IMG/VR virus record: IMGVR_UViG_2529292735_000009
Location: 1-11,942 of that record
Origin: a virus
Taxonomy: Duplodnaviria > Heunggongvirae > Uroviricota > Caudoviricetes
DNA: 11,942 bases
Strand: one strand, 5' to 3'
This document shows positions 8,040-11,942 of this stretch, piece by piece. Below the pieces are notes generated by a model. The model made no database searches. It was not told the DNA's origin and saw only the letters and a list, made by a program, of their open reading frames with translations. Within the stretch, counting starts at the first letter, position 1, and every line of letters begins with the position of its first letter. The translations under genes were made by a program, and so were the position numbers.

Positions 8040-10054
8040 GCAAGCCTCACAATATAGTTAAATGCGATGTTTTTTACGGTGTTTTCTGCGTTACCCGTAG
8101 CGTTAACGGTGATGGTATGCCCGTGTGAACCTATCGCAACGGAGTGTGTGTGTGCACCAATTCCTACCGTATGAGTGTGTGCGCCAATATTTACTGTGTG
8201 AGAGTGCCCCCCTGCGTTACTTGTTTTTCCAGTGCCAAGCCCTGAGTTATAACCAGCCGAAACACCATTACCAGCACCAGTGTTGCCAACAGGAATATTG
8301 TGTGAATGATCCCCGGCGCTATTCGTGGTTTTAGTGCCATGGTTAAATGAACTGGACGTCTTGGTACCGTAATCAAACGACGATGTGGTTTTCGTCCCCA
8401 AATCCGTACTGGATGCACTGGCGCTGTGGGTGTGCGATTTAATGCCGTCCTGTTCCTGAGACAATACTGCACGACCACTGGCGGGCTTGCCCTTAATCGT
8501 CCAGCTACGCATATCAGGGATCACGCCTGACGGATAAGCGGCTGCAAGTTTCGGGTATGCAGATTTGTCAAAAGTCTGCCCCTGCATCAGGGCATAACCA
8601 GACGGAACGGTATCTGATGGCCAAGGGATCGGTGCGCCAACCGGATAAAGTTCATGAGGCGAAATATACAGCGAATAAACAGAACCGTCCGTTAATCCTT
8701 CCGGCTTATTAGCAGAATATGCTGGTGAAGTATGAATCGTTACGCTGGCGTTACTGGTATAATCCCATTGAATATTTACACCAGTCGCATAATTTCCGAT
8801 TGCAACGTAAATATCGTAAGTATCACCAGATGTATTGACCCAGGCAAAATTTGTAAACCCTGCCGATGTGCGCTGCCATAAAGCACCAGTAATCCCCTTC
8901 GGATTACCATTACCTGCACGCAAAACAAGTTCAGATATACCTGCCTGTTGAGGTGAGCCGACGTTATATCCAGCCCCACCAATCAACGTAATTGAAACAA
9001 CAGAACTCGCCTGCGGCATGGTTACCGTTGCTAATTTGAACCAACCAGCACCACTGCTGAATGACATAGTTGTTGAGTTAAGCGTACCAATATCTTTCGG
9101 TGTCAGTGTTATATCCGCTGAAAGCGCCTTACCATTCACCTTACGGGCAGAAGGTACCCGACCATTCGCATTGTCATTAGCTGCTTTCACTGCTTTCGAT
9201 GTCGCAGCAAGCGTTTCAGATGTGCTGTTAGTCGCGCTGCTTAGCTGGACAATCCCTTTTTGTGCTGTCGTAGCGTCCTGAGCGGTATATTTCCCGTTAG
9301 CAAGGTCATATGCTGCCTTTACCGCCATTGGTGTTGCCGCCAGCGTTTCAGAATCGCTGTTGGTGGCGCTACTGAGCTGGACAAGGCCTTTTCGCGCTGT
9401 GGTGGCATCCTGCGCAGTATATTTCCCGTTAGCAAGATCATACGCGGCCTTTACTGCTTTCGGCGTTGCAGCCTGCGTTTCAGACACGCTGGTAGTGTCG
9501 CTACTGAGTTGAACAAAGCCTTTTTGCGGTCAGCGAGGCATCCGGGGTGACGTCGTGACTGTTCATGCTCTTTCAGTTTGTCATCCACGTAATCCACTGT
9601 GGCCATCACCATGGTGTTATCCACGGTAAGCGCCACGGTGGCAGTGCTGGATACGGTCAGAATGGTGCGAAATGTTTGTGCACGACCGGACCCTTCGGCA
9701 ACGGCTGGCTTGTAACTTTCGGCAGTATTGACCCACCGCGATTAAATCGCCGTGCTCATCAAATACACCAATTTCCCGGATCCAGAATCCGCCCGTTTCA
9801 GGAGGAATAACCAGCTCCGCAATAATGCGGTTCTGATGTGTTGCGTCCAGGATGACGCGATTAACAGTGTGTCGCCACACCTCATGCACCAGACGGGTCT
9901 GCTTACTGTCTGGTGTGGGCAACGTGCCGCCACCGTCGCCCACGGCCATATGAGTCAGGCGGACAGGCTTACCATCTGGCGCGGCTGCCTGAGCTAATTT
10001 TTTGGCACCCGTATCGGTGATAAGGGTTTTAAATTTTCGTGTTGTGGTACTCAT
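8036..10054 (-). CDS. H: Tail fibre protein (P2 gpH-like N-terminus, tandem fibre repeats, gp37/Stf-like HxH C-terminus); three frameshifts at 9732-9734, 9545-9548 and 9521-9525
   Basis: ORF 9617..10054 ([28 protein letters not shown]...MAVGDGGG...HEVWRH...[10 protein letters not shown]) matches the P2 H N-terminus; ORF 9451..9636 ([28 protein letters not shown]) and ORF 8036..9487 continue it. Fragments join colinearly if one base is removed from CCC 9732-9734, GGGG 9545-9548 and TTTTT 9521-9525. C-terminus carries [32 protein letters not shown] repeats. Confidence 0.9.
9150..9530 (-). repeat. In-frame tandem repeat, ~132 nt (44 aa) period, ~2.8 copies, inside the tail fibre gene
   Basis: Protein repeats KG[FLI][36 protein letters not shown] occur three times; the DNA repeat is visible on the plus strand (tatatttcccgttagcaag[g/a]tcata... 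twice). Boundaries approximate. Confidence 0.6.
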
Positions 10055-10056
10055 GC

Positions 10057-10587
10057 TTAATCGTCCGGATAAATGGTAATGACTTCACCGTCGTAAGTTG
10101 CTGCCGCCGCGAAAATATCCCCCGGGATCTCCTGAATGATATTCAGCCCTGTCATGTGGCGGCTGACCGGGCGGGCATCAGCAATCAACCGCTCCATTTC
10201 CAGATACATTTCCTCCGTCACGCCACTGTCCAGCGTGCCGACTTCAACGGTAAATGTTCCCGGTTCTCCGCCGAACTCCCACCACTCAGACACGCGAATG
10301 AGGTATCCCAGCGGCTCAATGGCCCTGCGCAGTGCGCTGATGGTCCCTTTGTGTCGGTGTATCAGCCATGCATCACTAATCACCTGTCGCTTTGTCTCTT
10401 CCGGCCAGTTGCGATCCCAGCGGTCAACGGAAAACGCCCAGGCGAGATAAGGCAGCAGGTGCACCGGGCAGGTGTCCGGCGACCACAGCGTGTTGAGGTC
10501 TACCGGAATGTCTGTAATGCGTGTTCCGACGGCTTCGGCACAACGCATGAAACTGCTGGCTGATGGTGGTAACAGTGAATTACTCAT
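10057..10587 (-). CDS. I: Baseplate protein gpI-like (tail protein I)
   Basis: ORF 10057..10620, but the likely start is ATG 10587, overlapping the J stop (ATGAGTAA), giving 176 aa (P2 gpI is about that size). Stop is 2 nt before the H start. Confidence 0.85.
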   Translation of the reverse strand: MSNSLLPPSASSFMRCAEAVGTRITDIPVDLNTLWSPDTCPVHLLPYLAWAFSVDRWDRNWPEETKRQVISDAWLIHRHKGTISALRRAIEPLGYLIRVSEWWEFGGEPGTFTVEVGTLDSGVTEEMYLEMERLIADARPVSRHMTGLNIIQEIPGDIFAAAATYDGEVITIYPDD

Positions 10588-11476
10588 TGCGCCCACCTTC
10601 GCTGATGGTGAATGACTCACAGCGCGCTGCCTGTATGTCGCTGATGGCCATATTCTGTGTGGGTTCGATTATCTCCACGCGTTGCACACCGTGCACATGC
10701 AGTGCGGCAGCAATGGCGGACAACGCCACGTCCTGACCGATAAGCCCCTGCTCAGCCAGCCACTTCCTGAACGACGATTCCGCCGCAGCCAGAATAGGTT
10801 CGGATTCCGGGCCGGGGTAAAAGTACAGTTTTGCATTCAGCCGCCATGTCACGATTCTGGCACTCTGTACGGTCAGGCGGTCGGCCACCGGGCGGGTATC
10901 CTCTGCATTCAGAACGGCGCGAACGGTATTAAGCAACGCCTCCGTTGCTGTGCCGTCGCCTTCAGTGGACAGGATGGAAACCGTCACATTTGCCGGAGAC
11001 GGACTGATAGCCCGCGCATCACGCACCAGACCGCTGGCGCTGCGGGCAAAATACTCGTATGCACCTGACGGGCCAGCAACACTCAGGCCGTCGTACGCCC
11101 GTTGCGCCCGCAGTCTCAGCGAGGTGTCGCTTTCCATCACCGCGTCGGTGGTATCCGTTGCCGGAGTGATAACCAGGCGCTTTGTGTTCATATTGCCCGC
11201 GAGGTTGTCCAGGTCTGTCCCGGCGCTGTGGCTTAACATGCAGGCGCGTGCACCCTCGTTAACCCGCTGGCGTAACAGCATTTCACGAAACGACATGGTT
11301 TGAGCGATAACGTTAAGGGGTTCCGATTCCAGCTCCAGCGCGGCGGAAACGGCTTCACGCTGTTCGGCGGGATAAGCCGCAATCATCATGGCCTTTGTGT
11401 CAGCCAGAATTGCCTCAAAGTCAGGCTCCGCGATGATGGCGGGGTCCGGTAACTGTGAAAGGTCAACGGCGGGCAT
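10580..11476 (-). CDS. J: Baseplate assembly protein gpJ-like (baseplate wedge)
   Basis: 298-aa ORF, similar in size to P2 gpJ as I recall it; starts 3 nt after the W stop, with RBS GAGGGA inside the W 3' end. The J identity rests on position and size within the V-W-J-I-H order rather than on motifs I can quote. Confidence 0.88.
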   Translation of the reverse strand: MPAVDLSQLPDPAIIAEPDFEAILADTKAMMIAAYPAEQREAVSAALELESEPLNVIAQTMSFREMLLRQRVNEGARACMLSHSAGTDLDNLAGNMNTKRLVITPATDTTDAVMESDTSLRLRAQRAYDGLSVAGPSGAYEYFARSASGLVRDARAISPSPANVTVSILSTEGDGTATEALLNTVRAVLNAEDTRPVADRLTVQSARIVTWRLNAKLYFYPGPESEPILAAAESSFRKWLAEQGLIGQDVALSAIAAALHVHGVQRVEIIEPTQNMAISDIQAARCESFTISEGGRNE

Positions 11477-11479
11477 GAT

Positions 11480-11830
11480 TTACTCCCTCAGCGTGATGGT
11501 TAATTCAACATTCTGCATGGTCTGCATGACAGTGCCCGACAGCGTCACCCCGGCGCGGCCTCCCGCTTTCCAGACAACGTCGATGGCATCCAGGGCAATG
11601 CGGGGTTCCCATCGTGTCAGCGCAATCACGGCAGCACTCATGCATTGCAGACGCGTGGTGTTATTCATGGGTTCGTCAATCAAATCAGGCACAAGGCTGC
11701 CATATTCCCGTCGCATAACCCGGCTTGCCAGCGGGGTGGTCAGGATATCCCTGACTGACTGTTTCAGGTGCTCCATATCGTTCAGGTTTCCCGTCCCGTC
11801 CGGATTCATTCCTGTGTAGCGGGTTGTCAC
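11480..11830 (-). CDS. W: Baseplate protein gpW-like (gp25/GPW family)
   Basis: 116-aa ORF MTTRYTGMNPDGTGNLNDMEHLKQSVRDILTTPLASRVMRREYGSLVPDLID..., matching P2 gpW (MTARYLGMNR...DLEHI.QSI.DIL.TP.GSRVMRRDYGSL) in sequence and length. GTG start overlaps the stop of the upstream gene (GTGA). Confidence 0.9.
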   Translation of the reverse strand: MTTRYTGMNPDGTGNLNDMEHLKQSVRDILTTPLASRVMRREYGSLVPDLIDEPMNNTTRLQCMSAAVIALTRWEPRIALDAIDVVWKAGGRAGVTLSGTVMQTMQNVELTITLRE

Positions 11831-11942
11831 TGCGGGCCTCCTGTCGAATCGCTGCCACCTTTCACGCCACCGTGTTTATGCGTATGCACGGTAATGCCGT
11901 TTGAGGTGAAATTGCCGCCGCTGTGCGTGATATTGCCGCTCA
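11827..11942 (-). CDS. V: 3' end of baseplate spike protein gpV-like gene (5' part outside window)
   Basis: Open frame from the window edge reading ...SGNITHSGGNFTSNGITVHTHKHGGVKGGSDSTGGPQ*, stop TGA overlapping the W start; position immediately upstream of W as in P2 (V-W-J-I-H). Gly/His-rich C-terminus is typical of gpV spikes. Confidence 0.65.
   Translation of the reverse strand, partial: SGNITHSGGNFTSNGITVHTHKHGGVKGGSDSTGGPQ

Noticed and set aside
9150-9530. Tandem repeats considered as a possible CRISPR array or VNTR
   Set aside because: Repeats are 132 nt, in-frame and coding (tail-fibre repeat motif), with no spacer architecture; they are protein repeats.
10039-11819. Plus-strand ORFs 10039..10563, 10136..10450, 10682..11068, 10950..11303 and 11388..11819
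   Set aside because: Antisense to gpI, gpJ and gpW, which have clear P2-family context and size; the translations are low-complexity.

Overview
This window is the tail-morphogenesis region of a P2-family (Peduovirus-like) myovirus prophage or tailocin from an enterobacterial host. All homology calls are from reading the translations against remembered P2 protein sequences and domain motifs; no database search was possible. Plus strand, 200-5778: tail sheath (FI), tail tube (FII), tail chaperone E with its E+E' frameshift product, tape measure (T) and tail protein U. Minus strand, 11942-6551: partial gpV, gpW, gpJ, gpI, a long tail fibre (H) and a tail-fibre assembly protein (Tfa). Two things stand out as cargo. 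(1) A macro-domain (ADP-ribose-binding/hydrolase fold) gene sits between the tail fibre and tfa, start-coupled to H by an ATGA overlap; it probably continues into a Cys/His-rich C-terminal segment that ends 2 nt before tfa. (2) An AT-rich left-handed-beta-helix (hexapeptide) acetyltransferase gene with its own near-consensus sigma70 promoter and an intrinsic terminator lies at the junction of the two convergent tail modules. Separately, at least nine reading-frame breaks interrupt FI, FII, E (two, compensating), T, H (three) and the macro gene; every one I could localise sits at or next to a short homopolymer run. That pattern suggests indel sequencing/assembly errors rather than gene decay, but this must be checked against reads. 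The convergent arrangement of the two tail modules and the absence of gpD after gpU depart from canonical P2 synteny.
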